NCBI GenBank assembly: GCA_010405405.1 | Contig: MU004244.1 | Coordinates: 499,895-563,894, forward strand | DNA: 64,000 nucleotides | Direction: 5' to 3' | Source: Microthyrium microscopicum | Taxonomy: Eukaryota | Shown: positions 10,865-23,439 of the stretch, piece by piece | Layout: each line of letters starts with the position of its first letter | Position numbering within the stretch: the stretch's first letter is position 1 | Notes under the pieces: model-generated | Told to the model about the DNA's origin: nothing | Seen by the model: the letters and a program-made list of their open reading frames with translations, nothing else | The model's database searches: none | Program-made: the position numbers and the translations under genes

Positions 10865-12092
10865 TTAACTCAAGGCGTCGAGGTTTACGTCTTCCATTCT
10901 CCACATGTACCACATGAATAAACTCCTATTCAAATGAGTTAATAGGCATAGTCCGGATACGTTGTAGATATGATACTCACCTGTATGGCACAAATTTACT
11001 TGCAATATCCAGCATATCTTGTTCGGACATATATTTCCACTTGCCGCCTCCTTTGGCCTTCAACTTACTCACGTCTTTTCCAATGTAGGCGGCCATACCT
11101 CTCTGCACGCCAAGGTCGCCAGTGGAGAAGATGTCCATTCGTTTCAATGAGAAACAAGCAAACATTTCTACACTCCAGCGTCCTAGGCCTCTTACTGCTA
11201 TAAGCTTTTCGAGTAGCTCCTCATCGGAGGCATCAATGAGCATTTGGGAGCTGAGCTCTCCAGATACAAACTTCTCCGAGAGCCCTGTGATATACTCGGC
11301 TTTTCTTTGAGAAAGCCCAGCTGTCCGCAGAGTCTCAATGTCTTTCTCAAGGATTTGAGCAGGCGTAGGAAAATGTCTGGGGTTGGGCTTCGCAGGTTCT
11401 GGAAATAATCCGATGAACTTCCGCTTGATAGAAGCGGCGGCAGCGCCAGATACCTGCTGAGATATGATACTGCTGCAAAGTGAAGAGAACGGATTGATCT
11501 CCTCCTGCAGTCCTTCTGGACTGAACACAGAGCAATGATGCTTGTCTATGGCAGCCTTGAGTCTTGGATCAACAGAGCACAAATGGTCGCAGGCTGTCTT
11601 CAACAGATTATCTGTGGTTGTGACATCCGACTTGGCTGCTGTGTTTGGCGTCATTTCAAACAGATCGCTAGGATATGCTTTGACAACTCGTGAACCCCCT
11701 GGCGTCTGTAACGGTGCGTTTGTCGCCAAAGGGTTTGCTTGTCGAGGACGAGAAGTCTTCTTCGGTGTCACTGCTGGCTCAGCCATTGCCTTGGCCGCGG
11801 AAGGCGTCGGAGTCGATGGCGGCGGTGATTTGGCAGCCCTTGCGCGTTTCTTTGGAGTCTTGATCTCATCTCGTTCTTGTGATTCAGTCGCCGTGACTGA
11901 TGCCTTGCGCTTTCCTCGAACAGCTTTGACTGGTGGTGGCATCACCGTAGACGCATCCGGATCAGATTTGAACTTTTTGGCTTTCTTGCCATTTCCAGCT
12001 AATTTGGAAGCTACCGGAGCTTCCACGTTGGTGCCATTGATCTCGACATCCTTGGACTGATTACTGAGCCTGGTCGATCGTCGAGTACTCAT
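10865..12092 (-). CDS. MAG1: DNA-3-methyladenine glycosylase (HhH-GPD, AlkA/Mag1 family)
   Basis: Motifs IISQQVSGAAA, LRTAGLSQRKAEYI, LIAVRGLGRWSVEMF and DLGVQRG. A GTGAG intron (~10926-10980) precedes a last exon RSLFMWYMWRMEDVNLDALS*. The N-terminus is basic and disordered. Confidence 0.9.
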
Positions 12093-13226
12093 GGTGCGCA
12101 GTATAGTGAGTCGTCGGTGTCGAAATGATAGCGACAAAATACAGCTTCCGGTTGAGGCAAATCTGGATGCGTATCTGATGGCGCTTCGATCAGTTATTCC
12201 CAGCATAAACCAGCATAAACTGACAAAGTTGAGATGAAGATCGCAAAACGCAAGTGGCGGGCACGCGTCTCAGCCAAGACGGCGAACTCCAGAACACGAA
12301 ATGAATACGATGTCACGTGCAGCCACTTCCAAATTGATATGCTATATGGCGTGCAGTTTATTTATTTCAAATAAATGATCTTGGACAAGCCTCTCTGTTT
12401 GAAGCTGTTGTTTTTAATCCAATGAGCTAGATACGATATTGAGGTTGGAGACGTATCAGATCCACGGCGGTTGCGTTGAAATTTCCATTCGCTCGACCCT
12501 TGATGCTGCAACAACTCCTCACTTTTACAGCGTGCTCCATCAACCGTTCGATCTTCTACGAGCTGGAGCAGTGCTCTTTCCCCATGTTCGAAAACAATGG
12601 TGGCCATTTGGGTAGCGCGCCCATCGAACGTGATGTTGGCACTAGTCTTAGACAAGACTAGTGCAGCCTTGCGATGAATGTCGCATACTAACATTACGGT
12701 TCTTTCTTTCCAACTTGCAACCTGTCCCATGGCTTTGCGCTTCTTTAATACTCTGTGAGCCGGAGTGTTCTCTCTCTGGCGTCAGAATTATGAGCTGTTA
12801 AGTTCTCGCTCCCATCGACCGTGATGGCTGTTATGAAGCTTCCCCGGCAGCAGAACAGAAGCCACACTTCGTTAATGTATATCATGCCCCATGAGAACTG
12901 TATTCCTCGGGTTATAGGAAATGCTATGGGAAACATCGCTGTTTATGGAGCACCACTTCGAAAGACGCATTTTCTTGGGGTCAGAGAGGTGTCGGCGCCA
13001 TGAGAACCGGACCAGAACCGAAGGAGCATCGCTCCAGCGCAGTCACTGAACCTTTGCGAACCTCTTACATGACACTTCAGCCAGACGACTTTTTGCTCTA
13101 GTGGAATGACAAGGGATCATTCATGAGTAAAGGCTGTTGACATGAGAGCGGGTATTGAGGTAGAGATGTTGAAAGTCTTTGTTCTACTCATATAACACAA
13201 TGGCCCTCTAAGCTGCCAATAGCACA

Positions 13227-13663
13227 ATGCTCTTTGTCCCTGATCTTCCGTCACTGCTTGGTACTTTTGAAACTAATTGAGACGAAAATACACAAATAGC
13301 CCCCTAGCATCGTTCTCATTCGATGTAGTCAAGCAACATTGCGTAGAAGAATTCCGGACTGGTCAGGGTAATTGTATCGACCAGATCATAAAGCTTCAAC
13401 ACCTCCTCAAGACTTGCACCAAAGGTATTCACATGAGTACACCAGCCATGGGAGGCAGTCACTGGGGCAGCCTTCTCAAGAGTAACCGATCCGCCGACAT
13501 CATTGAGCCTTTCACGCAGGCTGAGTGGGACGAGTTGCGCGCTGTTCAGGCGAAGTACGAGGCAGATGTCAAGACCGCTCTGGACCTCGGCATAACAATC
13601 GGCCGCTTTATGCAACTTAAAGAGGAGGAGCGATTGGTACTTGATGAAGACCCATTATCGTAG
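13227..13663 (+). CDS. Hypothetical protein
   Basis: MLFVPDLPSLL, a GTACTT...CTAG intron, then ASFSFDVVKQHC...DEDPLS*. Composition looks coding but no family is recognised. Confidence 0.4.
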
Positions 13664-14063
13664 GAAAGTCTTGTTCTGAATGGGAGTCGACGCCACAAGG
13701 AACATGCTCCCATCGAATGCGATGTCTAGCACCGCTCCTTCTAAGTAGTTTCCTTCCAAATGATTATCACATTCAGTCTTCGTAACTCTTTTCTGAAATA
13801 TCAAATGGGGGCTGAAGTAATCGATGACTAAATATAGCTAATAGGAGCGTGGCAGTTATCTTGTCGACCTATTGACAAACAAAATCAAAAACACTTTACT
13901 GTCTGAACTCTGAATTAAAGAACAGGGATTTGTAAGGCAATCTATGAAGCTCGAAATAGCCCTTTCCACCGGATGACCCAAAAGATTATCTAGAAAGGAC
14001 GGTCCTCATCATTCGTCCATAATTGACCCCAATCTTAATCATCAGACCAGTATGTCAATTGTA

Positions 14064-14729
14064 TCAAACGCACTTCTCCCACGCTTTTGACATCACGGGT
14101 TGATACTTATGAAAGTATAGGTCGATGAGTTTGGGTCGTTGAGGATGTTCATAATCATCGTCATGGATATACCTATAAAATTCCATAAACTCGATCCACT
14201 CCCGGAAATATGGCTTTTCATATTTCTTCAAGGCCCGTCTCAGCCAGTGCCAGTCCGCAGGAAACGAGAACCAGCGTAATCGGTACGATTGCATATACAC
14301 GTACTAGCTAATGTTAGGACTGACACGCAACAAAGACTGTAACCTACCTGGTGCATTCGGACCGGATCCTGAGCCACTCTAGTCACGATGTCGACCTTCT
14401 GCCAGAGCTCTAGCCATTCCTTCCATTCTCCAAACCATGGCTCATTTTGGTGTTTTCGGTCGAACTTCTCTCCTTGGTGCATCCATTGTCGTTCATACTT
14501 TTTAAAGGATGGTTGCAATTTCGCGCTGGCTTGTTGAAAAAGTTCTAGGTCGGCACCTGTTAAGCTCTCCTCTACATTAGGTGCGGTCGCGGTCTCTCTC
14601 GTAAAATCATCCGAATGATCGCCCAGATTAGCTTCATCCAGGACTTGAGTTGGTGGTATAGAACAAGGACAGGCTTGACATTTGACGCATCGTGAGCCTG
14701 TATAAGTAGAGGGGATGGGAGATTCCATT
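14064..14729 (-). CDS. Hypothetical Trp-rich protein (2 exons)
   Basis: MESPIPS...RMHQ, a GTAGGT...CTAAC...TAG intron, then YVYMQSYRLRWFSFPADWHW...EKCV*. Internal similarity between EPWFGEWKEWLE and KPYFREWIEFME. Confidence 0.6.
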
Positions 14730-15295
14730 TGCCTGTCGATTAGTGAAAAGATCACCGGCTGATAGAAAAGCATCGTAGATTTTTGTTCCTGGGGAGATAT
14801 AAGAGAGAAACCACGGAACTTGTTGCTGAAAGCGGCGCGGCTTTAAAATTCTTTTGTTTGTGGCAACGATTACGCCCTTTCTGATATTGGTACGCTGGTG
14901 GCTTGCTATCGAATCTCAACCATTGAACTCACTAGCTTGTCCTGTCAATCACCGAATCGTAATAGAAATGTATTAAAAGTTCTCTAACTCACGACTTCAC
15001 AGCTTCCTCTATCTGTCATTCGCTAGCACGTCAACACTTTCCGTCCCTGGAGGTTTACCATCCTACTTCACTTGAAATCTCCCAACCTGTTAACATGCTA
15101 TGATATCCAGCGGGAATGAATCACTTGTGTATTCTACGAAGAGCACTTGACATCTTATCTGGGTTCTACATTACACCGCATGGACCTATGTGCTTGGTAC
15201 GCGAAGACGATTGGATTTCATACTTCTATTAGCCGCCTAACTACAACGAAAACGATTGGTCCACTTTCAGACTTGCAATTTTGGAAAGTGATGAT

Positions 15296-16079
15296 TTAGG
15301 ACTTGATAGCCTCGACTATGGCTTTCCCAACTCCAGCCGCACTGTTGGGGTTCTGGCCAGTGATTAAACGGCCAGATTTGCCTACGACGATCTTTTCACC
15401 CCAAGGCTCCGTCGCTTTCTCGAATTTGCCCCCGTTCTTCTTAAGCACATCCTCAAGCAAAGCGGGCATGTACTTGCTAAGTTGCACTTGGTCTTCTTCC
15501 ACGTTGGTGAAACCTGTGACAGGGGAGGAGTCCACCAGATAAGATCCATCGCTCAGTTTGACGTTTGCGAGCGCAATGGGGCCATGACAGACGGCACTGA
15601 CGACTTTGCCAGCCTCCCAAAACTCTTTGATGATAGCCTGGCTCTCATGATCTAGAGCCAAGTCGAACATTGGGCCATGGCCTCCCACATAGAAGATTGC
15701 AGCAAAGTCCTTGGCTTTCCCGGCGAAGTCGCTGAGTTTTGAAGTGTTCTTCCACAAGGCTGACTGATCCTTGTGGAAGGCTACAGACTCTTTGTCTTCT
15801 TTGAACATCTCGACCGAACTTGGGTCTAGAGGTGCTTCGCCACCTTTCGGAGAGGCGACGATGACCTCGGCATGGGGAGACACTTGATTGTATGGATGGG
15901 CCTGCCATTGTTAGCAGAAAATTCGGACTTGACAAATACGACATCTTCGCGGGTTTCATGGTATCATTCACGGTCAAACTTACAAACTCTGGGAGATACC
16001 AACCGGTAGGATGAGGTTTGCCGCCTTCATCGAAGCTTGAGCACGATGACAGGACGAACAGTACTTTTGGTTTTGACAT
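15296..16079 (-). CDS. DJ-1/PfpI family protein (Hsp31-like glyoxalase III)
   Basis: MSKPKVLFVLSS...TGWYLPEF, one intron, AHPY...SPKGGEAPLDPSS, IFYVGGHGPMFDL, SAVCHGP (catalytic Cys-His) and LITGQNPNSA. Confidence 0.92.
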
Positions 16080-16319
16080 CCTTGATTGTTGATTCAAGAT
16101 ATTTCTGAAATTTGAGGAAGGTTGTTTGATGGTTAAATGATTTCGCTGTGTTAACTCAATGGTGATGTCACGATGAAGTTGGCCACACTCGTTGCGGATC
16201 ATTTGTGCGGGGATTGGAGTGGAGCTCAGCCTTGTCAGCCTTATAGGCTACTAAGGGGCTCACAAGATAAACGACAAGCTTTCATAATAACTGGTTAGCT
16301 TTAGGATGAGCAGATTTAT

Positions 16320-16484
16320 TTACCAGAAAATCAATATGATAAAAGCATTCTTCCCAATGAATGCGCGAAACTATTGTATTGACCCAGCATCGAAGGCGGT
16401 GGGAATTAAGAGCATCTTTCGTCATAAAGTGCGATGGGAGACGCTGTAGTTTATGAGCATTAGGAGCACTCCGTTTATTTTGAC
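16320..16484. mobile_element. Degenerate copy of the ~200-bp MITE family
   Basis: GTGGGAATTAAGAGCATC...GATGGGAG...GAGCACTCCGTTTATTTTGAC resembles the internal and right-end motifs of the other copies. Confidence 0.35.
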
Positions 16485-16847
16485 GACTCGATGTTGCATC
16501 AGTAACTCATTAGTACCTTTCTACAATGTTTCCCAGGCTCATTATGTATATTTGATGCCTGCAGCTCGATATCCTCGAGAATTACAACTATCAACTACCA
16601 CGTTCAGCATCGACTTTCGCCGTATAAGGTCGCCACCGTGTCATTCACCGCACTCGCTGGGTGCGTGCCCTCAGTTCTGTCGACCAATTGACTGAATCGC
16701 ACCTTCCTCAAAATTCACGGCATCGTGAGCAACTTCCCTAATACTAAGAAATCGCACAAACCACATCAAATTCCCACAGATTCAAAATCCAAATACCCAC
16801 CTGCACTTACTTCAATATCCGCGTCAATCATTCTTCACAACCCCACC

Positions 16848-17438
16848 ATGCGTTCAAACCAGCACTCCGATGATCGTCCAGCACTAACCGCCCCGTTGTC
16901 TCCAGATAAGAGTTCATCTACGTCAGTACTCATCGAGGCGCCCGCACCCAATGCAACAGCAAGCGTCCTCTTGAGCGACACTGTGGACCGCTCTTCATAC
17001 TTATATGGCACGTATCCAAATAAACCAGAGCACGAGTGGACAGAAGGCGACTACCAACACATCAGTGACCAATTTGTGCTGAAATTTGGCCCCTTGAACG
17101 TAAAGCCTCTTCGAAGAAACGAAGACGGAAAAGTGGTTGGATTTCACTGCGTCAACTTTCCAGGACCGCCCGATTTTGGCATACCAACCGTGAGCATGAT
17201 TCGCGATCCCAATGCCGAATGTACTTGGAGAAACGCAGAGGAAGTTCCGGTCACTGAAATAGTCCATCGCGACGCCGAGGGTTGGCGAGTGTTGGTCTGT
17301 CCACAAACGATTGCTTCCGACAGAAGGGGGACACGGTTACGAAACTATTCATTAGTTGGGCTATTCTCTACCTGTGTAGCAATGAAAAGAATTGTGACGA
17401 TCTTCGTAGTCCGTCTTACGTGTGAATTAAGAATTTGA
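16848..17438 (+). CDS. Hypothetical protein (3' end uncertain)
   Basis: Long ORF with ATG in CACCATG context (MRSNQHSDD...). No family recognised. Confidence 0.4.
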   Translation: MRSNQHSDDRPALTAPLSPDKSSSTSVLIEAPAPNATASVLLSDTVDRSSYLYGTYPNKPEHEWTEGDYQHISDQFVLKFGPLNVKPLRRNEDGKVVGFHCVNFPGPPDFGIPTVSMIRDPNAECTWRNAEEVPVTEIVHRDAEGWRVLVCPQTIASDRRGTRLRNYSLVGLFSTCVAMKRIVTIFVVRLTCELRI

Positions 17439-17669
17439 ATAATCTATTTACCTAGCTGGTAGAATCTCAGGAGTCAAGTCAAGCCGGCCAGTCGCACGAT
17501 GATCCCTTCAGCTACGATGTTTCCCATGACACTTCTTAAAGAATGACCAGAACTTTCAGAGAGTACGTTGGATAGTAGGGAGATTGCCGAAAGCTATGAG
17601 GTCAAAGTTCCGTGTCTATTTGACAGTCATAATAGACAATACAGTTGATGGAAGCAGACCCATCATCTA

Positions 17670-18296
17670 CCGTAGCATGGAGGGGGGAGTAGCAGACTTG
17701 ATCTTTTGATGAAACTACATTACCTTTTGAACCCTTTCTAGAAGTCTATATTTGTCTAGAATATAATGTCTTGAGTAGATCTTATGTTCTGTAAATAAAA
17801 GCACTTATAAGTAAAGATAAAGAAGGTATAATAGGATGTTAGCAAGAACGAAAGTGTAAAGTTTAAGAGCTAAATAGATTAGAGGCTATATATATAAGCT
17901 TAGTAATTTATCTTTATTATTATAAAACCCCTAGTAAAACGTAGTTATAAATCTGCCTCGCCTAACTAAGCTATAGCGTATTAATCTAGCCTCCTTTATA
18001 GTTCAAATTGTAATTTATAAAAAAAAAGTACTTATTGCTAATTATCTTGCTCTCTTAATTCTTTATTAAATTTAATAGTGATTTTTTTTGCCCCTCTTTA
18101 TAGCTAAAAAATAGCTAAAACATAGTTTTTTTAGAAAATGCTTTTATAGACAGAAAATATAGGTTTTCTAAAATAGGTATCTTCTCTAAGAAAGCGGCAT
18201 CGATTATACCTCTCTACAGAATACACATTTTCTAGTTTAGAAGCTTGATAGGACGATCACTAGTAAATTTCCTTTACCCCCCCTCGCGCGCTACGG
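17670..18296. mobile_element. Non-autonomous Tc1/mariner-like element, RIP-degraded
   Basis: Left end TA|CCGTAGCATGGAGGGGGGAGTA and right end TACCCCCCCTCGCGCGCTACGG|TA form imperfect TIRs with a TA target duplication. The interior is very AT- and TpA-rich. Confidence 0.75.
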
Positions 18297-18525
18297 TACC
18301 TAGGTACCCAGCCGAACAGAATCCTGTCGTTTTTTATGATGTTATATTACTATTATGTCAACAGCGAAATAACCGCATGGTCTCACGATAATGTCACGTA
18401 AACTTCGGTGAGAGTCGCAGTTAGCAACTTTCGTGATTGCATGTAAATCTCTTGCTTTGCTACAGACTTAAGGATGAAGGCCATTCAGTATCTGACTGAC
18501 CCAGACCCGAAGCCCATATCAACTA

Positions 18526-18672
18526 CCGTTTTTACCCTTTCAGTTGGGACATGCTAGCGCGCTTTTTTTTGCTGGTGGCGCTCTGAGTTTAGGCAGTGAC
18601 TCGCTATCGCTTGCGGACAAACCTCGCCTAAAAACCCGCGCTAGCATGTCCCAACTGAAAGGGTAAAAACGG
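18526..18672. mobile_element. 147-bp MITE with perfect 36-bp TIRs and TA TSD
   Basis: CCGTTTTTACCCTTTCAGTTGGGACATGCTAGCGCG and its exact reverse complement at 18637-18672, flanked by TA on both sides. Confidence 0.92.
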
Positions 18673-19235
18673 TATGTTTACAGACATTCACCCATCGACC
18701 CATGAATCTTCAGCTTCAAGCCTTTCCCAGCATAATCCAATATATCCGTACACGTAGGTACATACCATGGGAAGCTCAATATACTAGCCGCATATGCTAG
18801 TGACGTGCATATTAACAGCGCGATAGCCATCTATATCACCGAAAGCACCGACTGCGCACGCAAGGATACGCGTCCAGCAACATCAGGGCTAAATGCACAA
18901 GCAAAACAAAAACATCACAACAAGTAAACAATTGAAGATCAATCACAGATAGGGCACACGATTTTTTCTAAAGAGCAAAACTCCATTCCATTAACTATGC
19001 ACATGACTCAAACTACACTGTGATCCAAACTGCTTTCCTTCGATTAACAATAAGGGGCTGATGGGGCAGGTAGGTGAGCCGTGGTTCTGTACGGGTTGAA
19101 AAATGTAACACGGGAAAAGTGTATGCACATTCTGGCGGTGGGGAAACTTTACAATGCCACCTTGATTGCGATTATCTGGAATGAGAATTAGTTATGTTTG
19201 CATGAGTAGTGATGAAGTGAGCTTACCAGTTGCAT

Positions 19236-20821
19236 TTACAAGCGGGAGCCGTGAACGATCTTGTAGTCGACGCAGAGCTCACGTCCCTCATCGGAAAGGA
19301 CAAGGACGCGAATGCTACCACGACCATTGTCGAACGAGTCAGAAAGACGGGAGTACAAGCCGCTCTGGTCAAGAACTGGGAGAGCCTGCTTGACATCACC
19401 AGTCTCAGTCATGGCGACAATGCATCCGTCATCACGGATATCGAGCACGCGGTATTGCTTGAAGACCGGGCCCAACATGTTCTGGACAATGACGGATGGG
19501 GCAGGGTTGGAGATGAAGGAAGATTCCTCGTGAAGTTGCTTGGTGAACAAGTCAACACCGAGGTAACGGTGCTGGCCAGTCTGGGACGAGGTGGTGATGC
19601 GGATGACCTGGCAAGGGCGGCCCTGCAGGATCAAGAGATCGCCAATGCGGATGTGGTGGCATGGGATGGTGATGGTGTTTGGAGAGGCCATCTTTTCGGC
19701 TGGTCGGATGGGTGCTGGGGCGCAGTTGACACGGTCTGAGCCTCGGGGGATGGAAACTTTACGTTCTTCGACGGTGATTTCTTGACGGGAAGATTCTTCA
19801 CCGGCGTGAGAGTGGGCGTGGTGGTGGTGACGGAGGGAGGGTCCGTGGATGGGGTGAGCGATACGTTCAGCTACGCGTTGGACACCACGTCGGAAGGAGT
19901 GGTAGTGGCCGTCGTCGTCGTAGTATCCCATATCACGCTTGAACTTGCGGGGGGAGTCGACGGTGGTGGAAGAGGTTCGTTCTTGGGTACGAACTTGCTC
20001 TCCTCGTCGGGGGAATTCGGGTGCAGAACCTCCTAGGCGAGAGGATTCTTGACGATGGACTTTTTCAGAAGAACCAAAGCGTTGCTCGGCAGGACCAGCA
20101 GCGATGGGACTAGTTCGTTCTCGGAATTGACGTTCAGTGGTGTCTAGGTTTGCAGACTCAAAGCCACCGGCAGCAATACCGACACGTCCAACTGGGTTAA
20201 AGTTGCGGTCGTAGGAGGTATCACGAACGTCGAGTTGAGAGTCGACGTACTTTTGATAAGGTTCTTGATATCTGTTGGAGGGTGGTACAGTCAGTTGACT
20301 ATTCCAAATGGGTGTGAAGAAAAGGGAAGAGAAGGTTGAAAGGTGGAAAAGCCAAAGAAAAATATACACATCAACAAACCCAGCCACGGACCGACACACG
20401 GACGTTGCCAAGCGCCAATGGGAATAGGAGTAGGAATTATGTCTCAGACTTACCGCTCTCTGGAAACTTGAACACGGCGGGAAACGCGCTCTTCAGGAAA
20501 TCGCTGTGGCTCGGGATAACGCTCAGAAAGACGTTCACGTTCAGTGATTCGAACTTCTTCGCGAACTGGACGGCCTTGAGGGTGTTCTTCGCGAAATTCT
20601 TGGTGGATGCGCGTCTCCTTGCGATCGAAACGATCTTCTTTGCCTTGGGCGGAGGAAGCGGTATAGCGGGCTTCGTGACCTTCCCGTCCGACGCGCAAAG
20701 TCTGGTCGAGTAGGTTTGTTTCTCCCTCTACCTTGACTTTTTCAGTTTCTGTGGTAGCGTCACTCCGGTACGAGGACGGGAAGACACTGAAGGGGATCGG
20801 GACGCGGGCGTCAAAGTCCAG
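19236..20821 (-). CDS. HEX1: Woronin body major protein HEX-1: AUG isoform from 19931 (231 aa) and putative CUG-initiated long isoform from 20821 (467 aa)
   Basis: MGYYDDD...TITIPCHHIRIGDLLILQGRPCQVIRI...HGSRL* (eIF5A-like fold, PTS1 SRL). An upstream in-frame exon at 20821-20454 joins through a GTAAG...CTGAC...CAG intron at 20453-20272. Confidence 0.92.
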
Positions 20822-21252
20822 GTTGCCTGGAGTCGCGGCGTTCCTTCTTGAATGCCTCCTGAAAACAAGAGGAATACAAGAAAGAACTTTCTGGCTCCAA
20901 AAGTGAGACCGAGAAGGTTCAGAGGAAAAACTGGGCTGTTAAAAGTCGCGCCAGTTTTGAAATTGATGAAAAGACCGAGTCGAAGACTGGTAAGACAGAG
21001 TTATGCAATAGCAAGAACTTGGTGAAGCAATGGAGCAATGGGAAGAGATGTAGATGGTGAGGGGAAGAAGATGTAAAGGCAAGGTGAGTTGTCAGCGGGG
21101 AGAGGAAAGGAGACAACAAAGAGGAGAGCGCGCGGGAGAGGGAATCCAACGAATGCTCAGAGATTGTGGATTGGGATTGTTGTGGAACGGGGAGAAGTCT
21201 GGTGGCTGGAGACTGCAGCTGTTGGCGAGCCTTTTCTAGCCTGCCGTGTTTG

Positions 21253-21258
21253 TTTATA
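21253..21258 (-). promoter_or_regulatory. Putative TATA box of hex-1
   Basis: TATAAA on the minus strand, followed by a CT-rich tract typical of fungal core promoters. Confidence 0.5.
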
Positions 21259-22831
21259 TCCTAATCTGGCTAGGCGCTATCTTGGGAGAACCCCTGCATT
21301 GGTCGCCAGGGCCAATCTGATCGCGGCGGTCTGCTACAGCTTTTCCATATTGAATTCGAATCAGTCGCGCCATTCTAATCTATACTCTACGCGATATCGC
21401 CAATTGCTACCGTATCAGTTTGATTCTCATCAGGAAAGTATGTGTTGTTGCTCTGGACACCATGCATGAAGCTTTGAGTTGATCTTGAGCTTTTGAGCGA
21501 CTCTCACGCGATGAAAACCATCACTGACCTTTGCTGGTCTCAACCACGCTTCAAACATTGAACAATCCGTATTGTAAATAAATTACGAGTTCCCTACACT
21601 TCAACTCCACAGATCCACCATTTCCGTTCGTGGACCTGCTCAATGGCTGTTGTTGACGTCCGCAAAGCCATGAGTGGCCGCCTTCTCAACAAGCACAGTC
21701 CAGAAATCCCAGCTCACAACAAGCTCTCGATGCAGCTGGCGCCAGCCTCTCCAATTTCCTCTTGACATGCTCATTGGTCCCGACGCGCCAGCTTTCGTTA
21801 GTGCGGGAGAGTTGCTTGGGCAGCGCTGCAAAGCTGCCCTGTCAGACTCTGAGATCTGCTTATTCTGCAAGGGTCTGGGTGCTTCAGGGAGCAAGCTATT
21901 CCATGCATGTTGCATGTGTTTTGCTGTGTTGTTCAAAAGCTTCTGCATCTTCTGCACGTTGTGAGCTTTATGCCGAATCAATTGCATGCTTTATTGGAGA
22001 GGCGGGAAGCTTTATACAGCTTAAGTCGGCCGATTGGTGAATCGTGTTTAAGAAGGTTGGGATTATGCTGTTCGACATGTCTAACTTCACATGTCGTTGA
22101 ATGTAAGCTCGGAAGTTGGAGCTTGGTGATTTGTTGGGACCGAAACAGCTCCTGAACCACGCTCGTTCTTTCCAATATCAAAATCAATTTGCCAAGTATA
22201 ACAGGTGCTTTATTATGAACAACTACACTCACAACGTTTTCCATTGACATGTTCCTTGTAATTTGGGGCAAGATTCTGGTTCTGTGTATCATAAGAGCTC
22301 AGAAAACTCCCTTTGACGATGAGCTCTGCCACGACGCTTTGCGACAGAAAAGGCTCTCATTCCCATCCAGTGAGATCAATATCGATGGGAAGCAAAGTAG
22401 TCACTCTTTGACAATGGTTATGGCAGACATCGCGTTTGATGGGAATACTATCCACGAAGTACGGCTACCTCATCTTGACACCAGAGAAGGCAACTCTACA
22501 CTCAGTTCATATACCCACTCCTCTCGGAATGACAGGCACGGAGATATTTATGTTGACGATAATATGGTCTTCGACAGATGATCAATGACCATATAAATTC
22601 GACCTAAAGACAAGCAACCTTATCAACAAAAATTTCCTCAGCCTTGGGTACTAGTACGAATTACAAACATCATAGAGAAATACGATTGTGTGCCTTATCA
22701 AACCAAACGCTGTCTTCTCTTCGGCCTATGTCAAGAAACACACTCCGTGTGGGACTCTCCATCGCCCAATCTCAAAAGAGCCTTCACTAATCAACACCTG
22801 TGATATTGTCTCACATCAATCTGGAAGCGAG

Positions 22832-23439
22832 TTAGAACAAGCACGGCTGTCTTGACTGAATCAAACGTACAGTCTGGCCCCTTTGGCCATTGGAGCTGAC
22901 TAGGCTCTTTCTGTTTTCATCGAAGTGTGCAATCAATTCGGTCGCAGTACAGTCCCGAAAATCCATCCCGGATGGCCCAACCTCATCGTCATCCTTCCAG
23001 AACCTGGTTCCATCTCCGTAATCGAAGATGTTTGTCTCCTTAATTAGCTTGAGAATGCCACCGTAGTGTAGCTTGAGTTCCTCTGGTCCGATCACTGGAC
23101 TATCAGGGTCTACCTTTCGTCCTATCCAGTCGTTATAAGCCCTTTCGAATGAATGGCGGGGGCAACCATTCCTAACGATGAATATGTCGGCCTTGACTGT
23201 GCGACTTGTTCCACCTTCTTGAAACCAGACACCATCTGTGTGCAATCCGTCCACCCCACCCGAGTGATCTTGCCAAATGGCGTCGCGATTCCACTCATTT
23301 CTAAACGGTTGCGGATTCCAACGGCCAACATTACATATTCCCACCTGGTTCAGTCTGCGAATGTTGGTTCTCATGATGCCGATTTTAATGCAGTTACAGT
23401 TGCGGTATAGAAGGAAGAGGAAGGGTAGTTTACACATTA
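22832..23439 (-). CDS. Hypothetical protein
   Basis: ORF of about 200 aa starting MCKLPFLFLLYRNCNC. No family recognised. Confidence 0.5.

Noticed and set aside
12262..12320. ACGCGT and CACGTG motifs upstream of MAG1 (also near 61265-61290)
   Set aside because: Plausible MCB/E-box sites, but single hexamers are too common to support a call.
19230..19739. 169-aa plus-strand ORF opposite hex-1, and similar antisense ORFs over DUF3433, MAG1 and the dioxygenase
   Set aside because: Shadow ORFs caused by codon bias of the sense gene.
20272..20411. Hydrophobic N-terminus of the 391-aa ORF-track HEX-1 model
   Set aside because: It is pyrimidine-rich intron sequence read through from a TTG, not a real start.
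21600..22600. Several overlapping 80-115 aa ORFs upstream of hex-1
   Set aside because: No motifs, splice support or consistent strand; likely intergenic.
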